Assembly: GCF_001194135.2 (NCBI RefSeq)
Contig: NC_068998.1
Coordinates: forward strand, 50,788,646 to 50,852,645
Length of the DNA stretch: 64,000 bases
Direction: 5' to 3'
Origin: Octopus bimaculoides
Taxonomy: Eukaryota
In this document: in pieces, positions 26,000-37,773 of the stretch
How positions within the stretch are numbered: the first letter of the stretch is position 1
How the letters are laid out: every line of letters begins with the position of its first letter
Notes under the pieces: generated by a model
Seen by the model: only the letters and a program-made list of their open reading frames with translations
Databases searched by the model: none
What the model was told of the DNA's origin: nothing
Position numbers and translations under genes: made by a program

Positions 26000-26880
26000 A
26001 AGCGACACCTTACGGGAAAGTTCCAAGTGCAATAGTGCGAAATTTAAAATGTATTAAATCAGACGACTTTCAGCTTCGTGATTTTCCTTGAATTCAGAGA
26101 GGATGCAGGTCTACCATTCAGGCTAACATCTCAGAAAAAAACACCCCTCGTTTGAGTTCCGTTAAAGCGATGTGCTTTCCTGACAAATAATTCCCTATCA
26201 GAAATAAATTAAGATTCTCGACTATTGATACCTGATACTATGTTCCCTATTACGGAAGATGGTTGGGTAGAGTTCTGGTAGATATATACCGCCTCCTCGT
26301 TTGGGTTCAATTGGGATAGAGCTTACCTCTCTCAAAATATGTAGCATCTAAGGAATTAGCTATCGGTAGATAGGTGAGGTTAGTTATATTCAAGGTTAAC
26401 TCGGTGAATATGCCTGTCAAGCATTTTTCTATATATGACCGTTCATACTGTATAAGATTGCCAGTCCGTCATCTCTGTACAAACCTGAAATTTGTGAAGA
26501 ATAAACAACTCTACAAAGTTCGTCAACTCAGCCTCGTCATGGAGACGTTTGATGTTTAGTAATAAGTTTCTATCCTTTCAGACACATTTGAAATTGCGAT
26601 GTAACAATGATTTCCTTAAGTTTATTGCTGTCTAAATATCTCAGTCACTCCTTGGAACAAATTACTTCGCAAAATCTAAGGCTTCCAGTTAAAGACTTTG
26701 CGATACAGAATGGTTAGAATCCATAAAATCAAACTTGATAAATATGCAGGCAGCTTTCTTTTTCAATGTTGGGGAACGACTTGATTATAGTGGCACCAAA
26801 ATTACATGGTTCTTGGCTGAGCATTTCCGATCTCTAAGGTGATGCCATGTGTTATGATATTTACTTTCTATATGATCCCT
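26000..26880 (-). mobile_element. Possible highly decayed LINE reverse transcriptase remnant
   Basis: Minus-strand KKKAACIFIKFDFMDSNHSVSQSL*LEAL weakly resembles the RT DFxKAFDSVxH motif; many stops. Confidence 0.3.
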
Positions 26881-27550
26881 GTTTTGTTTACAGAGATATG
26901 TGTGTTACGGGGCTGGTAAGACTGTTATCGAGTAGCAGTTCAGTGTTTCTTGGAAGGGAAACCTGTAGCAGATAGAGATTGAACTCAGAATAACAATACC
27001 TTGTCCAACACTCAATTCCATTCTGAAAATGATGATGATAAGAGGGAGGAGAAGGAGTATTATAAGGCTAATGATATTGATGAGGATGAGGATGATAATT
27101 ATAATGATTACGATGTTGGTGGTGATGATAAGAGGGTGGCGGAAGGGGACAATGGTGACACCTAAATTTGTAAAAATTAAGATTCATTAATTTTCTAATC
27201 ACAAACGAGTTGCTTCTAAAAAGTGCTCCTGTACTTTTAACTTGACCTCTCGACTAAAAAGACCTTTTCTCCTCTTGACATATAGAAGCAACTTTGTCTG
27301 CTTGTAGAATAAAAAGAAACAACCAAAAAAAGAAAAAAACCCATACATATGGTGCTGGTACTACTAAAACCACAGAAACGCAGCGGGAGACAATTAAATA
27401 GGAAATATATATGTAAGACATTTTCTGTTTATAAATATTTTATTATGATAATAAATTTATTAGAGACATTGAAACTTCGCTCTCCTCGTATGAATAAATT
27501 AGATATTCAAGAGGGGCCGCCATTAAAACTTTATAATATAATCACTATTA

Positions 27551-27820
27551 CAGTTCTAGATTTAAGAGATGAGGAATTATGCACATTATTTACATTTGAC
27601 GGATATTTGTCCTCATCTTGTTGTTAACACAACGTTTCGGCAGATATATCCTCCAGCCTTCATCAGGTGTCTTGGAGAAATTCCGAACCTGCGTTCTTAT
27701 TCCTAAGGTATTTTTCGATGTTATTATTATTATTATTATTATTCAGGTCCATGCCTGGAATAGAACTCGGAATCTTGGGGTTAGTAGCCTGCACTCTTAA
27801 CCACTACGCCATATGCCCGT
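27551..27820 (-). mobile_element. tRNA-headed SINE-like element carrying a hammerhead motif (copy 1)
   Basis: A box TGGCGTAGTGG (27811-27801), B-box-like GAGTTCTATTCC (27768-27757), then (AAT)n, body, hammerhead and tail. Collinear with copy 2. Confidence 0.8.
27626..27671 (-). ncRNA. Minimal type I hammerhead ribozyme motif, best-preserved copy
   Basis: Minus strand reads GACAC-CUGAUGA-A-GGCUG-GAGGAUAUAU-CUGCC-GAAA-CGUU-GUGUU. Stem I is GACAC/GUGUU; stem II is GGCUG/CUGCC with one U-U mismatch. The palindromic ACGU substitutes for stem III, and the cleavage triplet is GUU. Confidence 0.65.
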
Positions 27821-28546
27821 CGACATACTAACCCCAAGATTCTAATAACGATGATGATGATGATGGTGATGATGATGATGGTGATGATGATGATGATAGT
27901 AATAAACTTTTGAATATAAAAAAAAAAACAAAACACAATGATTCCAGAACTGATACTTATTATATTAAACATTATCAGATGAGGATATTACACAGAAAAA
28001 AAAGAAAAGGAAACATTGTTTAAATAACATGCATACATACAGAAAAAGGGAACGTGTAGAGGTTCAGGGCAATCAAAACAGAAAAACATTCTTTTAATGA
28101 AAACAAATTTAAAATAAAATAAATGATGGTTATAAACAGATTGGTTGTGAGACTTGGCCATTGTCCTGGGCCCCCAAGAACTGTCTGGACTCCTTTGGTA
28201 CCAGGATGGTTCACAAGATAATGGCTATTACATAGATCAGATGGTTGATTTTTTTTGAATTTGGATCCTGTGTATTGTGTTCTCTTCTTTGAAGATCCAG
28301 CTGGGGTGATGGTCAGGTGCTGGTCAGCAAGCATGCCACATGGTCATGGTCATGGTGGATGTGGGACCAACTCGGACACGACTTGAAGGACTTCCCAGGA
28401 AGACCCGAGCAATTATCGACAAATAGTGGATGCAGTGGCATGTCCCCCCATACCTGACCAGATAGACAGATCAATTAAATCCATGGATCAACTATGTCCA
28501 CAGATAAATCAAATAGCTACAAAAAAACAAAAATGACTGGAAAAGT

Positions 28547-28585
<39 letters not shown>

Positions 28586-29222
28586 TATATCTATATATAT
28601 ATATATANNNNNNNNNNTATATATGCATATATATATATATATATATATATACATACACACATATATAGAGAACTGAAGGATTAAAATTAATCTCACCTGT
28701 ATGGTGATGATGATGATGATGATGCTCATTTACAACTATCACAAGTCTTGACAAAGCAAAGGTACTCACAAACACACACACAGATACATATCTACATAGA
28801 TACATATACATATATACATATAATATGGGTATGTCTGGCTTTCATTTACGATTATTTTTGTCAATGCTACAAGGTCTTAAAGTTTTACTTGTACCTCTGA
28901 CTTCACCATTGTGTTACAAGTGAAAACTGTGGTTTTGAATTGTTTCAACTGCTATCTTTAACATGCTGGTGCTACCAGTGGTACCCTTCATTATTAATCA
29001 ATAATTTCTACCTTTATGGCTTTTTTTTTACACATGCTAGCAACTGATATTATTGTAAATTGTGAATAATAATATCCTTATATATATAACATTGTGGATT
29101 GCAAAGCATGTGTGTGTGTGTGTATATCCCTCTCTCTCTCTCTCGGAGAGGCACAAGCACCTACACACACATATACATACATGGCAATAACTTCTGCCTT
29201 CCAGATTCAATCACAAAGCTTC

Positions 29223-29276
<54 letters not shown>

Positions 29277-29295
29277 TGTATGTGTGTGTATACGT

Positions 29296-29500
29296 TTGTG
29301 TGTGTGTGTTTGTCCCCCCAACATCGCTTGACAACCGATGCTGGTGTGTTTACGTCCCCTGTAACTTAGCAGTTCGGCAAAAGAGACCGATAGAATAAGT
29401 ACTACACTTACAAAGAATAAGTCCTGGGGTCGATTTGCTCGACTAAAGGCGGTACTCCAGCATGGCCACAGTCAAATGACTGAAACAAGTAAATGAGTAA
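29296..29500 (+). mobile_element. SINE family A, 3' half
   Basis: Close match to the other family A tails. Confidence 0.8.
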
Positions 29501-31015
29501 AAGTGGGACATCCTTGGTGATAGTGACACCCAACAACTGGTGCCATTTTAAGGGGTTCAACTGAGTTCTGTTCGTATTCAGTTGCATACACAGTCACAAT
29601 AAAAATATACACTCAATCATACACTTGGCAGAAAAACAGAACAAGATCTTACAGCTCAACAGATGAAGCAGAGATAATACTGAGGAGAACCTAACAGAAA
29701 AATGATAGAAGATGAAGCCGACATGATAAGACCAACATTTGAGGGAACCATATAAATACTAGCTCTAGCAACAAGTCAGCAAACAGTTCCAAGCAAGAAT
29801 ACAGAAGTGTAACAACCATGCGAGGATCTTGAAATTGAAATAAGCAGTGAAAACAGTGCCAATAACAGCAGTGTATATATCATTTATAACACATTGATAA
29901 ATACTGAAATGTGAGCAGGGCACTCACTGTGTATAAGCATGTTATGTATATCACTATCTTAAGTTCTGTTGTTTCAAGTGTGTATATACTGATAGTACCA
30001 GTAATAATTAGAGCATTATGTCCTCTAGACCATATGTCAACACATCAATGTGAAAAAGGACAAGTAGTATAAATATGTAAGACGCACAGTCCATGATGAT
30101 GACCTGGCCACAATCACATGGGACAATAATCCGTCCTGACAAAGGAGATCAATGCAAACTGTTTGGATTTAATAATCAAGGACTGGATTGGAAATGCTTT
30201 TATTCTGATAGACATTCTTGACACATTCTGACCAGAACATTGCCTGAAAGAACGTGGAAATCTTGTCAATATGCAAAGATCTTGAAACTGAAATAAGCAG
30301 GATTTGGAGCACAACAGTGAAATCAGTGCCAATAGCAGCAATGCATAATTCATTTATAACACACTGGTTGATACCGAAATGTGCACAGGGCACTCACTGT
30401 ATATGAGCATGTTATACACGATATATATATATATATATATATCCTATTTTAAGCTCTGTTGTTTCAAATGTGTATATACTGATAGTACCAGTAATAATTA
30501 GAGTATTAGGTATGATGAAAATAATGAACAAAAACTACACAAACCATCCTGGACCCACAATATTACATAATGTTGAAAATGTAGTTTTGTTGGGTAAATC
30601 CTACATCATATGTATAACACCTTCTTTTCCTTATTATAACAGAAGCAACACAGATCCTGCATACAACACATGCCCTATACATTAACTGCCCAATAAAATA
30701 ACACAACATGCAGGAAAACACACTGTACACAATTGCTGCTAAACAATGGCCACAACATAAATGTCACCCAATAAAAGCAGCACAACACAAACTTGTTTAT
30801 AGAGGATATCCGACATTATAACATCAACAATTTACAAAATTGATGCTTTACATAGCTCTACACGTTAACGCTTTCACTGCAAAATCAAAATCCATTGTTA
30901 TTCCAACAATTATATTAAACGTCTAACAACAAAGAGAATTGGTATTTTCTCTGAGTCATGTTATTTAATAAACTCAACAGATCTCACATGAAAATATTTT
31001 TCAACAACAGATAGA

Positions 31016-31242
31016 TTGGTGTAAAGATTGTCTGCCAACATAACATGGCAGTCCTGGTTTAGGACGACTGTTGCTGTAATTTAGCCCCATAAATACAAGG
31101 ACACAATTTAGCCCCGAAAATATAAGGACACAGACCATGTTGTATAGCCAGCTGGAGACGATGTCTCCAGGGGCTAAATTACAGCAACATTCGTCCTAAA
31201 CAAGGACTGCTATGTTATGTTGGCAAACAATCTTTACTCCAA
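31016..31242. mobile_element. Fold-back MITE with TIRs of about 70 bp
   Basis: aaagattgtctgccaacataacatggcagtcctggtttaggacg...ccc pairs with its reverse complement at 31170-31242. A partial second copy lies at about 36255-36375. Confidence 0.8.
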
Positions 31243-32190
31243 AGTACTGTTGCTGAATATCTCTTGTTGTGAGATTCACAAATAGTAATTTTCAAAGAGA
31301 ATGGTATATAAATCTGCTTTCTGCAGCTAATGGAATTTTGAGTATGCATAACAGACCTCTGCTGCAAAAGGTCTAATACAGTACAACCGTGTACGAAATA
31401 TAATCTATGTCTTTGGTATTTTGTAGTAAAACAAGCAACACCAATCATAGGGGAAACACCACATTCTACACTGAAACACTTAACACCAATCAGATAACAT
31501 AGATATCACACAATAAGATAACACATCATCTCAAACTGTATGTGGTCTACATAAAAGATGAAGCACTGAAATAACGCCAGAAACAGTAAACCAAACCCCG
31601 AAAAAGCAATGTATAATCAATGCAGCTGCATTTCATAATACTGCACTCTTCTAGAATGCAGAGTTGCATGTACATGATGGTGGTACAGTTGAAGCTGCTG
31701 TAAAACTTACAAAGAGGATATTAGTCAAATTGTCCAATTGAAATGAAAAAAACAGATAAAAAAATATGTGGATTTTCTTTTTTTTCTTTTTCTTTGGTCT
31801 TTTCAGAATTATAAAAGAATCTTTGAAAAGCACTGCTGCAATCTTAAATGCCATATGAAATCCGTTGAATTCAGCAACAGTTAAGTAGAGGCAAGGGCAG
31901 ATAAATTAGAAGCAACATTCCAATTAGAGTTAGGGTTAAGGTTTACATACTGAAAGATACGAAATATCTAACAATTTGCTGGCGTTTAAAGAAATTTTAA
32001 ACAAGATGCAGCCACTTTAGATAGACAGACACAAATAAATGATTCCTTTTTTTCTTTTATTTTTTTCTGGTCTTTTTTTCCTTTCTTCATGGCTGTTTAC
32101 ACTTTTGGATAAATTAAGACAACAATAACACAATAACTTTTTTGAATTATTTTGGCATTTTTTTTTTTTTCTTTTTTGGCTTTTTTTTTG

Positions 32191-32876
32191 TTAATGGAGA
32201 TAACCGTTGGAAGTTGTGCTATCAGGTGCTGTATTCTCTGAACTTAAAGACTGGGATATGGCCTCCCTTAAGCTTCCACTATCTCTATCATCTACATCAT
32301 GATTTGTTTGAGACATATCTCCTTCTAAATTAAATCTGAGTCTTTGCCTTCCAGAACCTTCCTTGTAAGAGTTTTGTTCAGCGTCAGGACAGATGAAAAC
32401 TTGATCCTCACTTTCATTTTCGCCGATGCTATCTAAAGAGAATTTTTTGTTATGTTGCGCGTCTTTCAATTGGCCGAAAGAGTCAGACGTATTTAAAGAA
32501 TCGGAATCATCGATTTCTTCAGAATATTCATCCAGAGTTGAGAAATCTCCGATGTTGAACTTGAATGCCGAACCACTGGGGACGCTTGCAAGGGAAGGTC
32601 TTTTCTCTTCAAAACTTGAAGAATTTGAACTGTCGGACAGTTTTTTATTGCTACGGTTTTGACGTACACACACGATTTTGCCGTCTTTCATAATGACTAC
32701 GGAACCATCCTTTTTAATGACTGAGCTACCTTTTAAGTTTATTTGATTAACAGGAATACTGTTGATTGACTGTATGCTTGCAACGGAACCTTGACGTGGC
32801 TTGTTTCCATTCCCTGCAGTTTTAAGCGAATTAAAAAGGCGGAACATGTGCGGTGAAGAATTTTCATGGATCGTAT
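32191..32876 (-). CDS. GPCR terminal coding exon, Ser-rich cytoplasmic tail ([15 protein letters not shown]...SNGYLH*)
   Basis: Strong acceptor cttttccttctttccatttcag-like pyrimidine tract ending tcag| at 32877-32878. Phase-1 entry fits exon 2. This is a 228-codon non-repetitive ORF. The link across 25.6 kb is inferred from strand and phase. Confidence 0.78.
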
Positions 32877-34783
32877 CTGAAATGGAAGAAAGGAAAAGCA
32901 GAGTTAGGGCAAATAACATTTATTAAACATACACGAGTGAACTGATATTTTATTCACACACTGACAATTATACCTCAGCCCTTAATTTCAGTGACATATT
33001 CACCCTTTAGATACCAACTCACCTCAAACCACTCCTTCTTCTACAATGCAAAAATCTTCCTGTTTTAAAATGGACTAAATTAAAACTTTCTTCAAAATTT
33101 CAAGTTAATTTATGTTCCAATTACCATCTTAATAACAACAAAGTTCAGTTCTATATTTAAGAGATGACAAATTATGTACATTATTTACATTTGACGGATA
33201 TTTGTCCTCATCTTGTTTGTTGTTAACACAACATTTCGGCTGATATACCCTCCAGCCTTCATCAGGAGTCTTGGGGAAATTTCGAACCTAGGTTCTCATT
33301 CCTAAGGTATTTTTCAACGTTATTATTATTATTATTATTCAGGTCACTGCCTGGAATCAAACTCAGAATCTTGGGGTTAGTAGCCCGCACTCTTAACCAC
33401 TACGCCATATGCCCGTGGGCAATTATGGAGTGAATTTTAGAGCTTATAAATCTAATATTTTCCTGATGAAGGCTGAAGGGTATATCAGGCGAAACGCTGT
33501 GTTAACAACAAACAAGATGAGGACAAATATCCGTCAAATGTAAATAATGTAAATAACGAACAACAATATTATTTTATTAAATTCTTCATTATTTTAAAAA
33601 ATTCAAAAGAGTTAATAGAAACAAAATGGTTGAAGTGATAAAAATTAAAATCTTCCTTCAAAATTTCAAGTTAATTTATGTTTCAAATACCGGTTTAATA
33701 ATCCTTTCTACTACAGGCACAAAGCCTGAAATTTTGAGGAGGGGGATAGTTGATTGTATTGACCCCAGTACGCAACTGGTACTTAATTTATCAACATCGA
33801 AAGGATGAAAGGCAAAGTCAACCTCAGTGGATTTTGAACTCAGAACGTAGCGGCAGATGAAATACCGCTAAGCATCTCACCTGGCATGCTAACGAATCTA
33901 TCAGCTCACTGCCTTAAGTACCAGTTTGATAATGACTAAGTTATTCAACTAAATTCTTGACTATTTTCATAATTCATTGAAACAGAACCACTCTATTTAA
34001 TTTGTATTATGGCAGTGAAAGGATCAACACACTGTATTACGATGTAAATGAGTAAAATTGAGGATTATTATCCATGGTATTTTTATGAATAATAAGTAAA
34101 CAGCTTGCTTTCTCTGTAGGATGGATAGGATTAGATGAAGTAGATGAGATGGTAATAACCAGTTGAAACTAGTCCAGCTGATCTCAGGTTCATCCTGCAG
34201 AGAGAGCCCAGAGGTTTAATCACAAAATCTGTTTATGTAACAAAACTGAATGTGTTTAGTAAATGTAACATATATCAACAGATTTACAATAATTACAACA
34301 AAACATATTTGAAAAAGTAAATGACTACGGTAGGTACAAGCCAACAACAAAGCTCCCTCATGGTCAACTGATGCTCTAGAAATAGCAGCAAAATTTCCCT
34401 TAAATCACAGTTTTATCATCTTGAAAAGGGGGAGCAGTTATTAGTTAATGTAATCTTGGATACTCAATGATCAACAAAAAAATGGGATGGTCAAAGGAGG
34501 AACACATGATTACAGGTCTGTTGGATGAGCACTGACCTGGGGCTAAACGATAACGAAAACAACAATAACTCCTAATGTATATCACTGTAATCTACATACA
34601 AGAAAGGCATCTGGATGCAGAAGACTACTGCAAAAAGTCTCATTCAACCCAAGCCAGCATGGAAAGCAGACATGGCAGCACTGATTACACAAACACACAT
34701 GTTCATGTCTATACACATACCTACACACACACACACACATGGAAACTACAGTGATGTACAACAGGTATGTATATGCTGCTTCC

Positions 34784-34859
<76 letters not shown>

Positions 34860-37720
34860 GTATGTATATATATATATATATATATATGTGTATGTATATA
34901 TATATATATATGCATATATATATGTGTGTATATATGTACACACACACACACACTTATATAATACATACACCTACAGTTGCCACATACTGTCTAATGGCAA
35001 GAAAAGGCAAAAGCATAAATACAAATAAATATATGAATAATTAACAAAAACTTCATTCAAAGCACCATTTTTTTTTTTGGTGGGGGGGGGGGTTTCTACG
35101 GTTCATATAAAACAATGCCTTTCCTGAATCATATTAGCATTGAAATACAACAAAGCAATTGTGAAACAGAGTGAAAATAATTGAACATCAGTAAACATTC
35201 AGACTACACATAAACAGAAAACAAACAGCTACCTCTACATCACAAACTTACATTCATTTATGACATTAAACACTACATTTATGACTTCAACACTACAGTT
35301 ATGACATAAATTCAACAGTTAAGACACATCGTAATATAAACAAAAAACGAGCTAAAAGAAATAACTCAAAAATGGCCAATGGCATGTGTTTGAATAACAT
35401 AGACAAAGGCTGGCATGTTGGTATGAGTCTCAATCAGTGGTTCTCAAACCATTTTGTTATCTATAGACCCTTTTGATCTCTATTTTATTTGGACAAGCCC
35501 CCATAGCTATTCGATTTTTAAAAACCCTATTATACTTTTTATAATTAGATATTAATAGCGACTGTATAAAAAAAAACTGTTTAAAATATTTTGTGTATCG
35601 TACAAGTGTAATCAGTTTATTGCGCATAAATTTTGGCAACAAAATGTTATATGGACCCTTAAAGGTCATGTGAACTCTAGCTGAGAACCACTGGTTTAAC
35701 CCCCCTGGCTGCTGGAGACAGCTCGGACAACTGTTGTGCTGATGAAAACTATTAAGCAAGAAATATGTCTATATTGTCCTCTTATCTCCAGACAATATGC
35801 CTGCACGTTTCCTTCATGGCATGTTAATTTTAGAGAATTCTTGAACCTTGAGGTTATCTCCTGTTCCCATGTGGAGATGGTTTTAATTACCATTTGGTAA
35901 TTATGGTGCGTCATTTACAGGTGAAGATAATTTTATTAAATCAAGAATTTCATTTGTAAGGTACCAGTATATGTCTACGTTACACATTGTAATAGCTGTT
36001 TAATTAAGATACATATAACTAATAGCACAAGGTTATGACGGGAATACTACACTTAAGACTCAAATTGTAATTGCTTTATATATATGATTTAAAAAATTGC
36101 TTTATATTTATGATTTAAAAAATTGCTTTATATATATGATTTAAAAAATTGCTTTATATTTATGATTTTAAAAAATCTGAAAGAATTTGGTTATCAAATT
36201 GCTGATTGTTTAGTTTATAATTATTTCATTGATTTCCATTATAACTCATTTTGTAGTAAAGATTGTTTGCCAACATAACATGGCAGTCCTGGTTTAGGAC
36301 AAATGTTACTGTAATTTATCCTCAGGAGACATCGTCTCCAGCTGGCTATACGACATGATCTGTGTCCTTACATTTTCGAACAAGGGAATCTAGCAAAGTA
36401 GAAAAATGATTGTTCTGTAATCTAGGTAACTGATAATGCTGGTCACAATGTAGAAAAGTGATAATGCTGGATATAAAGTAGAAAACTGATATATATTCGA
36501 AAAGTGAAAGAGGTGGACACAAACTACATAAGGGACTGTACCAAACACAAACTAGAAAACAGATAGGGCTAGAAACAAACTAGAAAACAGATAGGGCTGG
36601 AAACAAACTAGAAAATGATTGCTTTGGTTACAAATTAGAAAGAGAACAGTGCTGCATTTAGAAAGAGAATAGTGCTGCATTTAAACTAGAAATGCAAGAG
36701 TGGTGTCTATAAACTAGAAAAGAGAAAGTGAAACGAGAAATTAAAATGATGATAATGTTGGGCACAAACTCTAAAATGAATAGTGGTGGCTACAAAAAAG
36801 AAAAGAAATGGAAAGAATTAGCTGCACACTAGAAGAGGATTAGTGTTGGCTACACATCATTTAGAAGAGTGATAATACTGTTATCCACACAGTTAAAACA
36901 GTGATACTACTGGCCACACTGGCAAACAGAATGGTGAAATCAGTACATGGAAAGAAAATCATTAAATACCCATCATGGGAACAGAGTTAATTTTATATTT
37001 AAAGAATTATAGAATTATAAAAATAAGTACACAGTGAAGATAAAAACATGATTATTCTAATAACAAATATTATTTTTGTTTGTGAGGTAAGTACAAGATT
37101 AAACTTCAGGTTTGTTTCAGCTTTATTCTGACCTCATCAGAAAAACACTCCTTTGACTTTACTAACAGAAATAGCTATAGGAAAATCATTAAATAGATAT
37201 ACAAGATTGTACAATTGTTGGTGTAGGGAAACATAATTGTTTAGAATTTATATAATTGAAATGTATCATCAACATGAAAAAAAATGAAAAGAAAAGCCAT
37301 GATCATCCATCCTTGTTCACATACAATGTGTTTAAAATCATATTATCCTTCCATTTTTGCATTAATGTATGTGCCTTTCAGGAGATCTGGCTGGTGGTTT
37401 TTAAACAAGTGGGCCAAGCGCACAAAGGCTTTATTTTACATACATAAGCCAGGCATATAAATCTGCTTACATCAGTTTGCCTGGCTCACAAGTGGTTCCA
37501 TTCTGATTTTAGTTACTATTTAGAAGATTTCAAGTGGAAATAATAAAATCCTAGTATGAAATTAAAAAATAAGTTATCTAAATTTGTAAATCTATCCTAC
37601 CCACCGATGCTCATATGGCAACATTGATGCGAAACAGCAAATAATGAAATAAATACAAAAAGCCAGAGACTGAATTTGAATGCAAAAATGATTTTTAGCT
37701 TTGAGATAAATTCAGATTAA

Positions 37721-37773
<53 letters not shown>

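Noticed and set aside
27745-27820. tRNA gene (also at 33340-33416 and other SINE heads)
   Set aside because: No proper acceptor stem, degenerate B boxes, and always fused to a repeat body, so these are SINE heads.
28330-28390. MPHGHGHGGCG resembling the PITHD1 N-terminus
   Set aside because: The frame stops after 17 codons, and no other PITHD1-like exons were found.
33023-33059. 37-nt minus-strand mini-exon with good splice sites (aaaacag|...|gtgagt) near the GPCR last exon
   Set aside because: It lies inside a piggyBac-like MITE fragment, and its only open phase (1 to 2) puts the last exon out of frame.
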